Source: Cetorhinus maximus (lineage: Eukaryota). Taken from it: a stretch of DNA of 64,000 nucleotides. How positions within the stretch are numbered: the stretch's first letter is position 1; each line of letters begins with the position of its first letter. Shown here piece by piece: positions 11,127 through 25,480 of the stretch. The notes beneath the pieces were generated by a model that saw only the letters and a program-made list of their open reading frames with translations, was not told where the DNA came from and searched no databases. The stretch spans positions 7,874,001 through 7,938,000 of the forward strand of contig NC_135908.1 of NCBI RefSeq assembly GCF_964194155.1. The letters are read 5' to 3'. Made by a program: the position numbers and the translations under genes.

Positions 11127-14065
11127 AGTATTTTCACCCTCAGCACTCAGAGTTGCATCAGTTTTATCCACCTACAATGTTACAGAAATCTAAATTCCAT
11201 CTCCTGTTTTTCCTTTAAAATCCCCCTTCCCCTCCATATTCTACGAAATGTTTACCCCAGTTAATGTCAGCTAACTCAGGACAAACAGTCTAGAAGCTGA
11301 CAACTTCTCAAAATGCTAAAGTAGTTAGGATTTTTCTACAAGTGTGAATGAGAGCAGGATCCAAACAATTCTCAGATTTGCAATGCCAAGAGCACACCAA
11401 TACTGCACCTTGGGTTACAGGACAAACACAGGCTTGGGAAAAGCTGGATCTGCAAACATCACCTCACCACATCAAGCCAACTCATCAAGAATTCACTAAT
11501 AGCATGGAAAAGGAAGTATACTGTTACATCCCAACACAACTAGAACCGTTCTGAACGTGATCTCTGTGAGGAACCTATAAGATAACGGACTGTAATCGAA
11601 CACAACCTTCTTGGGCCCGTTTAATTGTTGCTGATATATTTGCAACATATAGAAAGAGAGCCCCAGTAGAGGCTCCTATCACCAAATGTATGTTCAGGTA
11701 AGCACTTGGGAGACACTGGTCATAGCAGCTGAGGTACTCACCAAATTGCTGATGCTGGGCTAATTCCCAAGGTGCTGGAAGTATAAAATGAATTGTAAAA
11801 CATGATCCACAAATCAAAGATCCTTGTGATTACCAACCTCATTCTGCTGAGCTGCTTGGGAAAGTGCTGGAAAAAGTCATCACGTTCTATCTCTCATAAC
11901 AACTCGAGGATAGTGGTCTTGCACTCTGGCCCGGCCAGGTTCAAGGAGAGGATGCATCACTAGTGACACTTTCTGACAACTGCAGCAAGTTATCCTCTAA
12001 GCCTTAAAGGGCACAGTAACCAATGAATTTTGAATTTCCTGGCAGAGAACACAACTGGTGTGAAAAGGAACACTTTCCACCAGGATTTTACTGAATGTTG
12101 GGAGTCCCACAGGGCTCACTCCAATCTGAATCCTGATTGTTTTTTTCATTATTTTTCCATGGGATGTGACTGTTACCGGTAAGGTCAGCATTTTGTTGCT
12201 CATCCCTAATAGCTCTTCAACTGAGTGGCTTGCCAGGCCATTGCAACAGACAGTTCAGAATCAACTACACTGCTGTGGGTCTGGAGTTGTATGAAAGCCA
12301 GACCAGGTAAGGACAGCAGATTTCCTTCCCAAAGGACATTAGTGAACCAGATGAGCTTTTACAACTTTTGATAATTTTGTGGTCACCATTACTGAGTCCA
12401 GCTTTCAATTCCAGATTTTATTAATTGAATTTAAATGCCACAAGCTACCATGGTGGGATTTGAACTCGTATTCCCCAGAGCATTAGCCTAGCCCCTGGAT
12501 AATGTCCAGTGACATTCCCACTATGCCACTTTCTCCCCCACCCCCGATCTCCTGATGTCAATAATATTCAATACCTGAACTAAAGATTGTGGATTGCTCA
12601 CTGTTTGTCACTATTTGCTGATGAGTGTTATTGGGGGGGGACTCACCATGAACTCTCAAGATTCCTAATCATTTCACCATCATGCCTGTGCAAGCTCTTT
12701 GAGAGAACAATTCACTTAATCCCATTCGTTCCTCCAAAGGCCTGAAAAGTTTGCCCTTTCAGGTCTTTATCCAATTCCCTTTTGAAAGTGACTTTCGAAT
12801 CTGCTTCCACCAGCCTTGATTCAGAAAAGCATCAGCGATGCTTGGAAGAGCTGGAGGCACAAGCATGACAATGATGAACTTCTGAACTCCAGAAAAATCA
12901 GCAGGTACGATGCTGCAAAAGAGAAAAATGCAGGGAACAAGTTTGAGGATAGATTTTTGACAAGTGAGTCAAGATCAGAAAAGGGAGTAAATTCAGGGGA
13001 AACATTGCAGATGAAAATGGTTTGCACAACACTGACATCACCTGTCAGTCAGAGTGGGACAAACTAGAGTCCTCTGTGGAATGAGGCACGAGGTGACGGG
13101 AGAATATTCCTCAGTTTGTACAAAGCAAATCCTGGGAACAGTGTTTTGGTGCCCCAGACTAAACGGCAATATAGGATCAAGGATCGAACAGTAAGTGCAG
13201 CATTTCAGTTCCCAAGTTTTACCTGTTCAACCTATCTGCACAGCATCTGTAGACCTCAAAACAATGGAAGAAAGACTTCAGAGACTCTAAAATATACACA
13301 AGGTCATGAGCATCCATGCTGATAGAGGAAGAAAGAAAACTCATACATTTGCAGCAGATGCAGACTTTGGCAACATCCAATCTCAGGGGGATTCTTTAGC
13401 AGGAGTCAGCTGAACCAGTGGCAATTAAGTATACACCTCAGTTGGCTAAGTGTTGCAAACTACAGTATCCGATATAAAAAGGATGTGAAAATGGCAACAA
13501 CTTTGGGCTGTCCAGTAAAGTCAGCATCATGCACAAATATAGAAGGAAGGAGTGAATCACAGGCTGGGTAAAAAGAGCTCAGGGGATGGATTCAGTCCAC
13601 AAGCCATCAACTTGGGCACTCCCTTACTCCAGAAGTGATGAGGGAGATTTTCTATAAATATGCTTGAAAACTAATTTGCAGAAAAGTTATTTAAATGTTT
13701 TTTAAGTCCCACTGAAAGTGAAACGTTCCTTTAGTTTGAATGTTTGGTGTTGAGAAAAAAAACATTTCCATTGATATGAAATATTTAATTTTTAATATTG
13801 CATGAATATTTATGTACACAATAGGGTTCAGCTATGAGCTGAGAGAGCGCTACAGGAAGCAGCTTAAGTCAAGGTGATCAGATCGGTTTTTTGAAGGTGG
13901 AGAGATGAGGCAAGTTGGAAGGGTGGATAGTGAGGAAAACAGAGTAGACCAGAGTTGAGATGTTACAACCATATACGTGTGAAATTGAGCAGTATACCCG
14001 GAAATCTGTTCTTTTTGCACTGTCTGCTGCATCAATAAGAATTAATAAGTTAACAAAGTTTCCAA

Positions 14066-14071
14066 TTTATT
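14066..14071 (-). terminator. Candidate RCCD1 polyadenylation signal AATAAA
   Basis: tttatt on + strand about 500 nt past the RCCD1 stop. Confidence 0.45.
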
Positions 14072-14575
14072 GCTGCCTTTTATAAACATTTTCTGATTCT
14101 AATCAGTTGCTTCATTCCCATATCAGTCATGTTGTTCTGATACTAAAGCTTTACATTTGGCAACACTTTCTTATCCTGAAAGTGCTGACTCCTGCAGGGT
14201 CACAGTCCTGTGAGTATTTCAGTCCCTCCAATGTGATCTTTCCCCTCAAAAATCAAGATAAAAATTGTCAGCAGATTAATTTTATCACAGGAGTAACCAC
14301 AATTCTGCCCTCATCAGATGCCTGCACGTGTGCAGCATCAAATACAGGTCAATGGATAACAAATCAGCAGCAGGAAACAGCCAATGCTGTCTTCTTCCTA
14401 ACCCATGAGTATGTCTGCTAGTGCCCGAGGTAATAATGGGAATCAAAAACCAACACTTCCAATTACTATGGTTTAGTACATGATTGCTCACTGGGCCATT
14501 GTGCTGATTTTCCACACGATCTTAAACACCCTTATTCCAGTGATTGAAAGAACACAATTCACCCAAGGTTTAAAA

Positions 14576-14718
14576 TTATTCCTGTCGCGCAAACACAAAA
14601 GTGTTCCACGGTCCACAGACAACATCCAGGACAGAAAGATGGTTTTGTACAAAGTACTCAACAAGCCGTGGAAGATCAGAACTATCAGTCTGTCCGTGGC
14701 CAAGCTGCCCATAGCTAC
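14576..14718 (-). CDS. RCCD1: RCCD1 exon 8 coding part (SYGQLGHG...CGPWNTFVFARQE*)
   Basis: tttccag acceptor, 143 nt to TAA. Confidence 0.94.
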
Positions 14719-15184
14719 CTGGAAAATAGAAACAAACAATCTGTAAAACTTACTGTGAAAATAATATACTTGCATCCATACAGGAAAGTCTCAAGGCATT
14801 TCACTCATGAATCGCTTTGGAAGCACAGTAACTGTTATATAGGAAAATGCAGGCCCCCCCCCGCAATTTTATACCAGCAACATCCCCACAACCCACCACT
14901 GAGATGAATGACTTAATTTGTCTGTTTGATTTGGCGATAGTTAGGCTGAAGGACTCAATGAGAGCTGCACACTCTTTAAATAGAATCATGGCACCTTCAA
15001 CATCTGTCAGAACAGAACAGAAACCGATTCGAAAGATGGCATCTTATAACAAAGCTGAATACTTCATGACTGGCAGGTTAGGTTAAGAATTCAAACTCTC
15101 AACCTTCTAGTCCAGAGGAGACTACTAACCGAATCAAAATCAACACTAAAGCTTGTTTCAATTGCCAATTTGATTAATACTTAC

Positions 15185-15214
15185 CCCAGCCCCAGGTGAA
15201 GAGCTTACCTCCCC
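15185..15214 (-). CDS. RCCD1: RCCD1 exon 7, 30-nt microexon (GGKLFTWGW)
   Basis: ttttccag acceptor, donor gtaagt, encodes the RCC1 TWGW motif. Confidence 0.92.
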
Positions 15215-16172
15215 CTGGAAAAGAGGGAAAATGACAGGGTTAGGAGCTTTCACTGAGAAGTTCTAATGTTAAAATCTTTATATAGACACATATATAAAAT
15301 ATGAAGATTAGGCCACATTTTGCCAAGTCCACAAATAGAATTTCAAATGCAAATTCAAGTTCTAAGGTTTGTTAGCGATGAAATCAATTATCTTAATAAT
15401 CTCAATAACGAATGCTTCCACATCATGAAAGAAATGAAAATAAATCCAACTATTTAAAAAATAGACTAATGCTCACTGATTTATCCCATAGAAATTTCTA
15501 GGCAGTGTATTCAAATAACAAGACCCGAGAGCTTGACTGAAATTGCTACTACAGTTCACAACAGACACAAAAGTGCCAGAAATAGAGGCCGCATTAGCAT
15601 CTGAAGACAGGTTTTGCACATTGATTTGGCTTTCTTCCTTTAGTCCTGTTGCGTATTTCCAGCTTATTCATTTCTGATTTTGTTTTCTCTTTTTGGGATA
15701 GATTTTCTGATCACTGTAAACGGTGCGTGAAACTGAAATCAGCTGGATATCTGCCCTTTCAGGTGGACATAAAAGATCTCACAGTACTAGTTTGAAGGAA
15801 AGCAGGAGAGTTCTCCCTGGTGTCCTGGCCAACATTCATTCCCTCAATCAACATCACAGAAACAGGTTATCTGGTAATTATCACACTGCTGTTTGTGCGA
15901 GCTTGCACCATTACAAGGAAACCCAAATCTCAGTCAGGAATGATATCAGGCACCCTCCAGAGTTTTCCATCTCATCTGGACAGTATGGAAGGGAACTGCC
16001 AAGACCTTTCACTTCTGTTAAGATTCCACATTAGCACAGCATTAAAGTGATTCGTTTTACAATGGAGCTTAGTGGTTACGCACTGAGAAACCATCAAAAC
16101 AAAATCAGTTTTGTTCAGACCAGTTTACCTAGAGAAATATGTAACCAGTATTTAGTGCCCACTGTTACGTAC

Positions 16173-16352
16173 CGGTGATGGCCGCAGTATGTCGTGACCC
16201 ACAGCTGACCTTGCTGACCTCCAACTCCTCTGGCAAATCTAGCAGTGCAGGAAATGCCTGGATTGAGATGAACACATCCAAATCTTTCCTGGCTGCTTTT
16301 CCATTTGTAGATTTTACAACCGTGTCACGTACATCACTCAGGGACGTTGTGC
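16173..16352 (-). CDS. RCCD1: RCCD1 exon 6 (...[14 protein letters not shown]...[11 protein letters not shown])
   Basis: acacag acceptor, 180 nt, donor gtacgt. Confidence 0.92.
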
Positions 16353-18126
16353 CTGTGTGTAAAATTGAAGTTAGAGATTAAGTTTAACATAAATATGCAA
16401 ATACCAGCTAACCTTTACAAACACTGCATATTTATTTATTGCTGTTTATAACTACTATCATCAAAAGCGTTGGCCATTTAATGAATCACATCAAGTGAAA
16501 ACAAGTAGAGTAATTTGTCGGTTCCCATTGATGCTCAATCTGTCTCCTTTCTAAATTGGGGCAGATTCTGCATCAACTATTCGAGTGTAAGAATCACAGA
16601 TATCTAATTGCTCTGAATAACTTTTAACACTATTCTACACATGCTAATCCCTCACAAAACCTGGTTCACACAAAACCAATTTTGCAACTTTGAAGTGTCT
16701 GTGGGGAAACCACATACTAAAAAAAAATACTGTCCTGTGGAGATGTGCTGAGAACTCAGCCTGCCCACAGTGAGATTCAAAAAAGCTAGCACAATAACAA
16801 ATGGTATTGGGAACTTTTGGCTCAAGGTAGAAGGAGAAATCACCATTCTGGAATGGTTTTGCTACTTCCAAAGGCACGAGTGCCTCAACTGCCTCTGATG
16901 CTGGACTTATTGTTGGAGGCAATACTGTAATACAAAAGAGCATGATAGAATCTAAATTAACACATATTTAAAACAGTTGGACATTTGGATATGGATGGCC
17001 CAGTCAGTTAAGACAGCGAGTAGCTGAGCCACGCTGGGATATGGGGATAGTGTGGGGAAAAGGGCACCGACGTGGATGATCAGCCATGATCATATTGAAT
17101 GACTGAGCAGGCTCAACAGGCTGAATGGCCGACTCCTGCTCCGGTGTTCCTAAGACCAGGGAGGTTTCGGAATTGACAGTCAATTGAGTTAGTTAAAGGA
17201 ACCATAGTAAGGACACTGCAGTTGCACTCAGCCTTCCTATGCTTCGGGAAAGAAAAATTCCTGAATTCTATCAAGCAACCTCCGCTTGAAAATGCACAGG
17301 GCAGAATCAGGGTCAGCTGTGGCGTATCACACGACCAAACTGTTGAAATATATTGTGTAAGCTCAAGGATAATCACTCAGGTGAGGTGCTGGAGGGCAAG
17401 CGATATACATGGAATAGTATCCAGATAAGTGTCTTTAGGAGAGAGGAGTGGTGAAAAAGAGACAATACTAAGGATTGGCATATTAAAATGCAGTTTGCTA
17501 GCAAAGACTTTTTGTTCTGCTATGTTCCTTGTTATGATTACAAAATAACACAGTGGTGCTGACCCTTCTGTTATAAATAGTGTAAACACGTTCTGCAACA
17601 AGGTTTGAAAGAACATTTTAACGAAAAGTACAAACAACAACAAATTATTTCTTATATGATCAAAGGTCACATAAAGCTTAATGAACATATACCACATTTC
17701 TGTATGGCACTTATATGCAAGGGGCAACCTATCTTCACAAAGTTTTCACAATGCAACAAGAGAAGACCACCACACACGTGTTTCTGGGAGGGAAAGGGGA
17801 ATATGAAGCACAGTCAAAGGTAATCTTTTCCTCCACCTATTTTAAGTGAAGAACTCACTGATTTTATCACTAACATTAGCAAAGTAGCAAAATATGCCTC
17901 TGCTTGTGTAGGATTACAGACTCTTCAAAACTAGTAAAGTGACTCAGCAAGTCTCTGCACTACACACAGAACAAACATTTCTTTAGGTAATACTGCACAC
18001 AAGTATTTATCACAGTGCAGAGTGTCAATGTAACCAGGGAACATCTAGCACTTTAAAGACAAATCCTGCAACTTAATTCTTGTTGCAAATGTTCTTACTT
18101 TTCAGAGGAACACAACATCTCCTTAC

Positions 18127-18252
18127 CCTCTCCCTCTCCAGAGAGCACCTTCTGCTGGGAGCGTTTCTGATGTTCCTCCTCTGAACATGACTTTGTTGGC
18201 AGTCCCAACTGGCCTGATTCATTCCATCCCCACACATATAGGTCTCCTGATA
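18127..18252 (-). CDS. RCCD1: RCCD1 exon 5 ([19 protein letters not shown]...)
   Basis: ccttag acceptor, 126 nt, donor gtaagg. Confidence 0.92.
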
Positions 18253-19221
18253 CTAAGGATTTAAAAAAAAAACATAAGATCTAATTATGACAAGTTATAA
18301 GGAAATACATTGCTAAAGCAGACTTGCATATTTAACTGATGGCAAATGTTTAGCTTTTATAATAGTTATGTTCTCAATTCCTGTGGTTTCTCAGTTATTG
18401 AGGGAGCTCTAAATAATCATAGTACCCCACTCAGTGGACCATTAATGGGTCCTCAACAAAATACTACTAGAAACTGCTAAATTGGGTAAATGCATAGTGT
18501 TGTACTAGAGTATACAGAGCAGGAAGTCCCATAGTTGATCCTTGCTCTGTCCCAAGTTAGCTGATCCTAGTAAAGTCATCAGATGGATCCCTGAGGAAAA
18601 AGGAGCCAATGTTTCTATTCATGATCACTATCCTGAAACTACTGCTAGAAAATGGCCATCCTTGGGCATTAAAATAAGGACAAGATCAAGCTCAGCTCTG
18701 ATGGCTTCCTTAGTTGAATAACCTGCTGTAATTCAACGTTTAGACTCATTAAAAAAATGGCCACCTGGACAAGGTATTGGGGGGCAGGTGATGCCCCAGT
18801 ATGTGCAAGGAGAAGAAACAGGAGGAAAAGTTGTTTTGGTGCAGCCTTGTAGATGAAACAGTTGTTTGATCTCAGACAGCCAGGCGGTGAAGGATGAAAC
18901 TGGAGTCAAAGGCAGCAGCCACAGTTTCAGTCTGCTCTTATATACAGAACACCAGTTAAAGCCCACCATCTGAATACAAGTAAGCACCCAAATAATATAC
19001 AGTTAACAGCAGGGCCTGCCATTAGGGGATAGAGATAAATACACCTTATCAGCAGGCAGTAGTGAGGATACTGATGCAGTTTTCCGATGCAGAAGATAAA
19101 TTCTGCACTATCTGCCTCCAGTATAGCAGGAGACCCACTGTTGGAGAACTGTGTACAACAGGTGTATCAGGTGTCTGTAAATATATGGCAAATAAAATGT
19201 TGCTGCAGTGACAAATCTTAC

Positions 19222-19343
19222 CACTTGCACTCACAGAATGCCAGCTCCCAGCTGCTACTTCAGCCATTGCCAGCCCGTGTAACGCCTCCACAATACGTGG
19301 CTCTGCTTCGTCCTCAACGCTACCATGTCCCAACTGACCATGC
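19222..19343 (-). CDS. RCCD1: RCCD1 exon 4 (HGQLGHG...WHSVSAS)
   Basis: tttacag acceptor, 122 nt, donor gtaaga. Confidence 0.95.
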
Positions 19344-20807
19344 CTGTAAAAAGGTTGCATTGCTGAAAAACAACTACTGTTTGGATATTTACAACCTGAA
19401 GTTCTTTACCAATGTAAATGTCCCAAGGGAAATGTCCCACAGAGGAGAAACAGTCAACAACAGTGGGAGAGTCAGCATAGTAGAAAAGGATGCTTTTAAA
19501 GCTGGGGGGAATGGAAAGGTGGAGGGCTTATAGAATAGGTTTGAAACAGCTGGGAGTTTGGAGGAAGGAGATGTGTGTTCAAATTTATCATAGGATGCTA
19601 TCAACAGTATTTTTAAAAAAGATCACAGCACCTATAGGGATGTCAAATCAGCTCCATGCCAACACCCACAAAGCATTTTCCCCAAAAGAATTTTTTTCCC
19701 AAGATTCTCTTTTCTATCCTGAAGGTGCTGCTGTACTTTTCCAGTGGTGCTCACTGCCCTCCAGCCCCTCATGCGTAAGTCTGTACAATTAATGACAGCA
19801 GGGTACTATATTTACTCTTGGGATTTTATAACAGACAAGTCTAATGCTGCCAAAATGTGCTAATTTTCCAAAAGAGTCAGTGGATATTAAGCAGGAGCTG
19901 GAACCCAGACTGCTACTATTCTCCCTGACCCAAAGGCAGTCATCCCAATGGTAACATTCAGCTGAACTTGTGATCGAACAACTCAGCAAAAGCAAGCAAT
20001 CAAATTAGACCTTCAGGTTTTTATGGCTTTTATTATCCAGTGGGCCATCAGGGATGCTCATTATAGCCAGATTATGTGACATTATCAGCACATTTCAGAT
20101 GTGAAATTATTGTGGGATGACTAATTTTAAACTGGCTCCAGTCAAAGATATACAGTCCAGTTTGTTAATCCTAATCCAATATGTAACTTGTATGTTACTG
20201 CTGCTGAGGTCAGGACATGACCACATTTTCAGAGATCCTGTCAAAATGACCCTGGTCAAATATCAAAAAAAGCAACAAGTGCATAATGTGCAGAAAAATA
20301 TAATTCAATCAGATAACATCAAAGATGAAATTTGGAGCAATTAGGGACTGAAATAATGGTTTGAAAGGTAAAGCAGAACTGATTTTAAAGATAATAAAAG
20401 CACTATCACCCTGAATTTAAAACCTAATTAAAAAAATTAATATCCAAGGCAACAATATGCATTTATGTAGCACCTTAAGGTAGTAAAAAAAAGGCACAAC
20501 AGAAAAATAACAGACACCCAGCCTTATAAGGAAATTATTTTCTTATTTTGCATCAGCTTGTTATGAGCAGAAATGAGGTGAGAATTCCACCATCTGTTCA
20601 AAGTGATGTGAAAAACAGTGTTTTAACCCACATGGGTGCCACACTGATCCCTCAAGATTAGATACAAAAACATGTTTCAGTAACTAGATTCAAACCAAAA
20701 ACTTGACTGCTACTGAATCCTTTAACGACTGTATATATTGAGCCTACAATCCAGAACGTGGTTCATTAAATGTACCAGCATACACACAGCTACAGAATAA
20801 ATCTTAC

Positions 20808-20961
20808 CGTCCTGAGCCCCAGGAATACACTGTCCAATCAAAGCTCAGTAAGATAGCATGCTCACTGCCAAGTGCCAGCTTTCTTGCACGAAGCTGTGGT
20901 GGCAATGGTTTGTAAAATGGAGGAGCTGTCATAACATAGCCATCAGGGATCAATGGAAGTG
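20808..20961 (-). CDS. RCCD1: RCCD1 exon 3 (LPLIPDGYV...YSWGSGR)
   Basis: ctctcag acceptor, 154 nt, donor gtaaga. Confidence 0.94.
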
Positions 20962-23019
20962 CTGAGAGGGAGAAAATACAGGGAGAAAGTAAGTGTTTTA
21001 CCTCTGCTATTCCCTGGTAATTAAAGGAAAGCAGCTTTGAGTCATATAGGGAAGACCCAAAGTTTGATTCAGGGTCTGCGCTGAGTTAACAAATCCATCT
21101 AGATAAACAATAGGGTATTTCTGATTAACTCTGTGAAGCTGGGCTAGAGAGCAGTAACTCAGCCCAAGTTCCTACTCCTGATCACTATCCAACAATTCCC
21201 ATTCTCAAGCCATGATAAAGCTGTAAATGCATAGGTCCTTCAGCAACAAAACAAATTTAAGGTTTTGGGTATTCTCTTCAAAAATACTGGGAAACCTGCT
21301 ACATTTTCCCAGCGTGTTCTGGTTTTTCTCCTGTTTGCTAATTTAAGGAGAGTGAGGCTAAATGTAGCATCCCTACCATCTTGGCATAGAATCAGAGACT
21401 GTCAGGACCTATATGTCATGTCGTTAACCTCAGCCATTCATTTTAACCAGCAAGCCACATCAATCAGGTTCAATTCTCTTTTCGACCGGTAGGTTAACGT
21501 AGATGCTTCAATCAGTCGTACACATTGGGTAATGTGAGGGGAGCGCTAACTCATCTACTACTGATTTACATTGGGATACATACACATCACCACTCTTTGC
21601 TCCCTTGACTCAAAAGCTCCCATTCAATTTTCTATGTTTACTCACAACAGAAAAGCCAATTCTGCAGTATAGGGTATTAGGACATTTGAGTATTTGTATA
21701 GCAGAATCAAGTTCATTGTGGAGCATGTTTATACAGCTGCTGTGCTATGAGATTATCAGCAAGTGAATACCCACTCCTCTATCACACAGTTTAAATGTCG
21801 TTCTCAGCAGTAGGATTTTCTGCTGGCTGGTGTACAGTGTACCCAGCATACATCTACAGGAGTCGTTGACATACTACACTGTCATACTGAACTGTTTTTC
21901 CTAGTGTCTTAATATGAACTATACCAATAGATATTAATCCAGTCAGAAAGCATTCACTTAGTTTTAGTTACAAGCACTCAATAAAAGGTTTGCTAGTTAA
22001 GTGGGTGTAACAATAGTTGTAGTGTAATGTTATTCACTAACAGCTAAGGGTCAATCTTACCAATGTCTTAACCAAGAGCTGGTCCATCAAATGTATTATT
22101 ATAAAAAATGGGCCATGGGTGTGCACCTGTAGTTTTCCAACTGATGTCAGTAATGTCACTGTGGAGGCCAGTCACCTTCCCCACACACAAAAAAACAAAA
22201 TTAACAGCTTGATTGCACAGTGTCACTTTAAAAGGGGAAGCCTCATTCATTGTACATACGCTGAAACAGGTCTGCCTCTTCTTGCTGGTGAGGCAACAAT
22301 GTCAGATCCTAAGCTTAAGCCACACAACAAAGTTTCAACGGTCATGAATGGAGACCAAAAGACACCAAGAGCAGCAAGTCTTCTGACAGCCATAATGCAA
22401 GCAGTAGTGTCAAAGCTTTAGTAGATGTATATTACTTCAATGAAGTAAACTTGAGGTGATATGAATTTGTGAACCACCACAATCCAATTCCAATAACCAT
22501 CTTCCCACCACACTAACTAAATGTTTATGACTTTTATTTTAAGAAACCTATTTGAGGGCCCAGGAAACTTAGGAAAATTTAGGTTAAAGGCGAGAAGCTC
22601 TGACTGCAAGACTCTGTTAGCTCAGTTACAGTAATTACCAGCTCAGCTACACGCATTCAAAAGCTCAACCCCATCTCTGCTGAGTGAATTGGTCTCAATT
22701 GGTAGGGGGTATTACAACTGACTTGAACTACACTGCCTGTAACAGGAGGGAAGAAATAGGCATGTTTAAAAAAAAAGTCAGGGTACCTGCTCCAAATCCA
22801 GTAAGTGTACCTAGAAGGGTAAAGGTAGATGCAGGCCAATTCGCACCTTGAAATGACACTGTGTCACATGGGCAAGTAGTGGAAAACCAGTGACACTTAT
22901 GCAAACATACACAGCAAGGAAACATTGCCTAGAAATGCAGAAAATGTGAAGTTATAGAAAGCAAAGGAGAGCAATAGGATTAGAATCAGGTGAAGACTCT
23001 GCATTTTAATTTACTATAC

Positions 23020-23247
23020 CTGTAATAGGCCTCTCTTCCTCTTTCAACTCCCTCGTCCAAGTCGCATCACCCATGGGCTCTCCGGTGTAGAGGTTTTGGA
23101 TATCCCAGCACACCACTCTGTCCTGCCATAACATTAGCAAGTATTTCTCAGAGGACAGGATATCTGTGCAACATTGACTGCCTCGCTTACACACCTGATG
23201 CCAAGGGCGACCATCAACAAAACCAAACAAATAAACAGATCCATCAC
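23020..23247 (-). CDS. RCCD1: RCCD1 exon 2 (DGSVYLFGFV...EEERPIT)
   Basis: tttcag acceptor, 228 nt, donor gtatag; divergent but in phase (1/1). Confidence 0.87.
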
Positions 23248-23699
23248 CTGAAACAAAAATGAAACAAAGTTAATGAGATGGAACATGTTCTACAGGGTTT
23301 AGTTTGACCTGCAAGAGTACAATGGGCCACCAAATTACTATAAGTCTGTACTTTTTTCCTCTCCTGAAGGTACTGACCCCAGCATCACTCCAACACTTTG
23401 TCCCATAGACCATATTTCATCTTAATAGAAGCAGTGCTCTTTCCAGCAGAGATGCAGTAGGCCAAATGGCCTACTGTGCTGCAATCTCTATGTTGCAGGA
23501 AATAGCAGTATTAAAACAAAGTACTTCAAGGCTCAAACTGATAGATTTTGTTAGATATAGGTATCAAGAGATATGAAGTAAAGGCACCATCCCTGGGGAA
23601 GTATGATAGCTCTGCAGCATTGTTGGGAGGGTGTGCTCCTGGGAGCCCTCAACATTGACTCCAATCCCTATGAAGTCTCATGGTATCAGATCAAACACT

Positions 23700-25480
23700 A
23701 GCAATAAAACCTCTTGATTACCACCTATCACACTTCATCAGCCAGGTCGGTACACACCATGTTGAACTCCACTTGGAAGAAGCACCGAACATAGCAGGAA
23801 CAAAGAATGTACTCTGGAAGACTTCAATGTCCATCACCAAGATTGGCTTGGTAGCACCATTACTGACCGAGTCTTGAAGGACATAGCTGCCAGACTGGTT
23901 TGTGGCAGGTGGTAAGAAAACTAACACGAGTTAAGAATCTACTTGACTAAATCCTCACCAATCTACCTGTCGCAAATGCATTTGTTGATGAAACTATGAA
24001 ACAAAATCCTGTCTTCATGTGGATAACACCCTCCCTTATGTTGTGTAGCATTACTACCATGCTAAACGGGACAGTCGTGAAGATGTGCTTTATGCCAAAT
24101 GATTTTTAATCCACCAGCTGGAAACATAAAGTGGACTTTTTCCAAAAACCAGACATTTTAAAAAACATAGATTAAAAGTGACTTGAACTCACAGCCAAGA
24201 TTTACATTATTGTACATTCCAACTCCCATTGAAATGGAGATAGCATGTCTGCAGAAACCATCAAAGGCAATAACCCCTTGGGGAATGTGGGGGACTCACA
24301 TCCCCTGTTGCATTAACAAGGCATCTTTGACAATCACCTTAGGTACTCAACTGTTGGGAGACCATTAAAGACTAATTGCTTGGACAACGGGACCCTGGTT
24401 TAAGATCGCTCTCCAGACATGAGCTAATCAAGTTACAGTTGGAATATGCAATCATGTTTGAATGACTGGCAGTTGGAGAGGGTGGTCATATGACAAGCCA
24501 ACCCCTTTGTGTATTTTAAGCACATGCTTTTTCTGTAGAACTGGACAAGCAGCAGGTCTTCTTGCCTCTCTCTCTACAACTTGCAGCTTTGGGCCCTGCC
24601 TGATATTGTTGACTCTCTCCATGTGCAACAGACACAAGATTTGAAAGAAAGAACTTAACTCCACAGCTGTATCTCCAGAAGAACTTCTACAATTTTAAAC
24701 CACCTCGACACTGAAAGCAGAAAACCACCGGATTCAGTCTAAAGCCAGCAGAGTCACTAAACTAACTGTAAACACTTGTACCTTTTTTAATAGACTCTTA
24801 ACTTGGCCAATCTATCCTTCCCAACTCTGTAATCCATACATGTGTGTGTGAGCGAAAGTCAGTGCGTACTTTATTATTTTACTTAGATCGGTTTAATTAT
24901 AATAAACTAACCTCTTTCTTAGTTAAACTCAAGACAATCTGTCTGATTGGTTCTTTTACAATCACACTGTGTAAACAGTTAAGTACTCATTGAATTGGCA
25001 GGTATATCCCTTTTTTTAAAAAAACCTGTTGCAGTCAGAAGGGGAGAGGGAAAAAGCAGGGAGCCATTCGACCCCTCCTCATCTGATTACAACAGGGACA
25101 GATTCAGAACATCCCTAGTAGCTGAAACCTGGACGTATATGAGACACTGTGAACTATCAGCACCAACAGACTTGTATTCCGCCACAATCTGTAACCTCAG
25201 GGCCCGGCATATCCTTCACTACAAGCACCTTCAAGCCAGGCAACCAACTGTGGTTCATGACGAATGCGCCTGAAAATGAGGTGCCAATCTGGTGAAGCTA
25301 CAACACAGGATTACAGGCATGCTCAACTGTGGAAGCAGCATGTCAGAGATAGAGATAAGCAATCCCATGGCCAACGGATCAGATTGAAGCTCTGCAGTCC
25401 TACCACATCCATTCATGAATGACGGTGAACAGTTAAACAATTAACCAAAGGAAGAAGCCAACTGCTATGATGGCAGGGTC
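23700..25480 (+). mobile_element. Degenerate LINE fragment, same family as 1-565, split by an insertion at 24073-25094
   Basis: Flanks join as ...taccatgctaaacgggacagattcagaaca..., colinear with the reverse complement of 1-565. Confidence 0.75.
24073..25094 (+). mobile_element. Probable solo LTR (~1.0 kb) nested in the LINE
   Basis: Flanked by GGGAC direct repeats (24068-24072, 25095-25099), ends ...ACAACA, internal AATAAA near 24901. Confidence 0.7.

Noticed and set aside
12816-13322. Purine-rich ORFs between CIB1 and RCCD1 as a further gene
   Set aside because: No recognisable domain and no convincing splice-phase chain; cannot be supported without homology or RNA data
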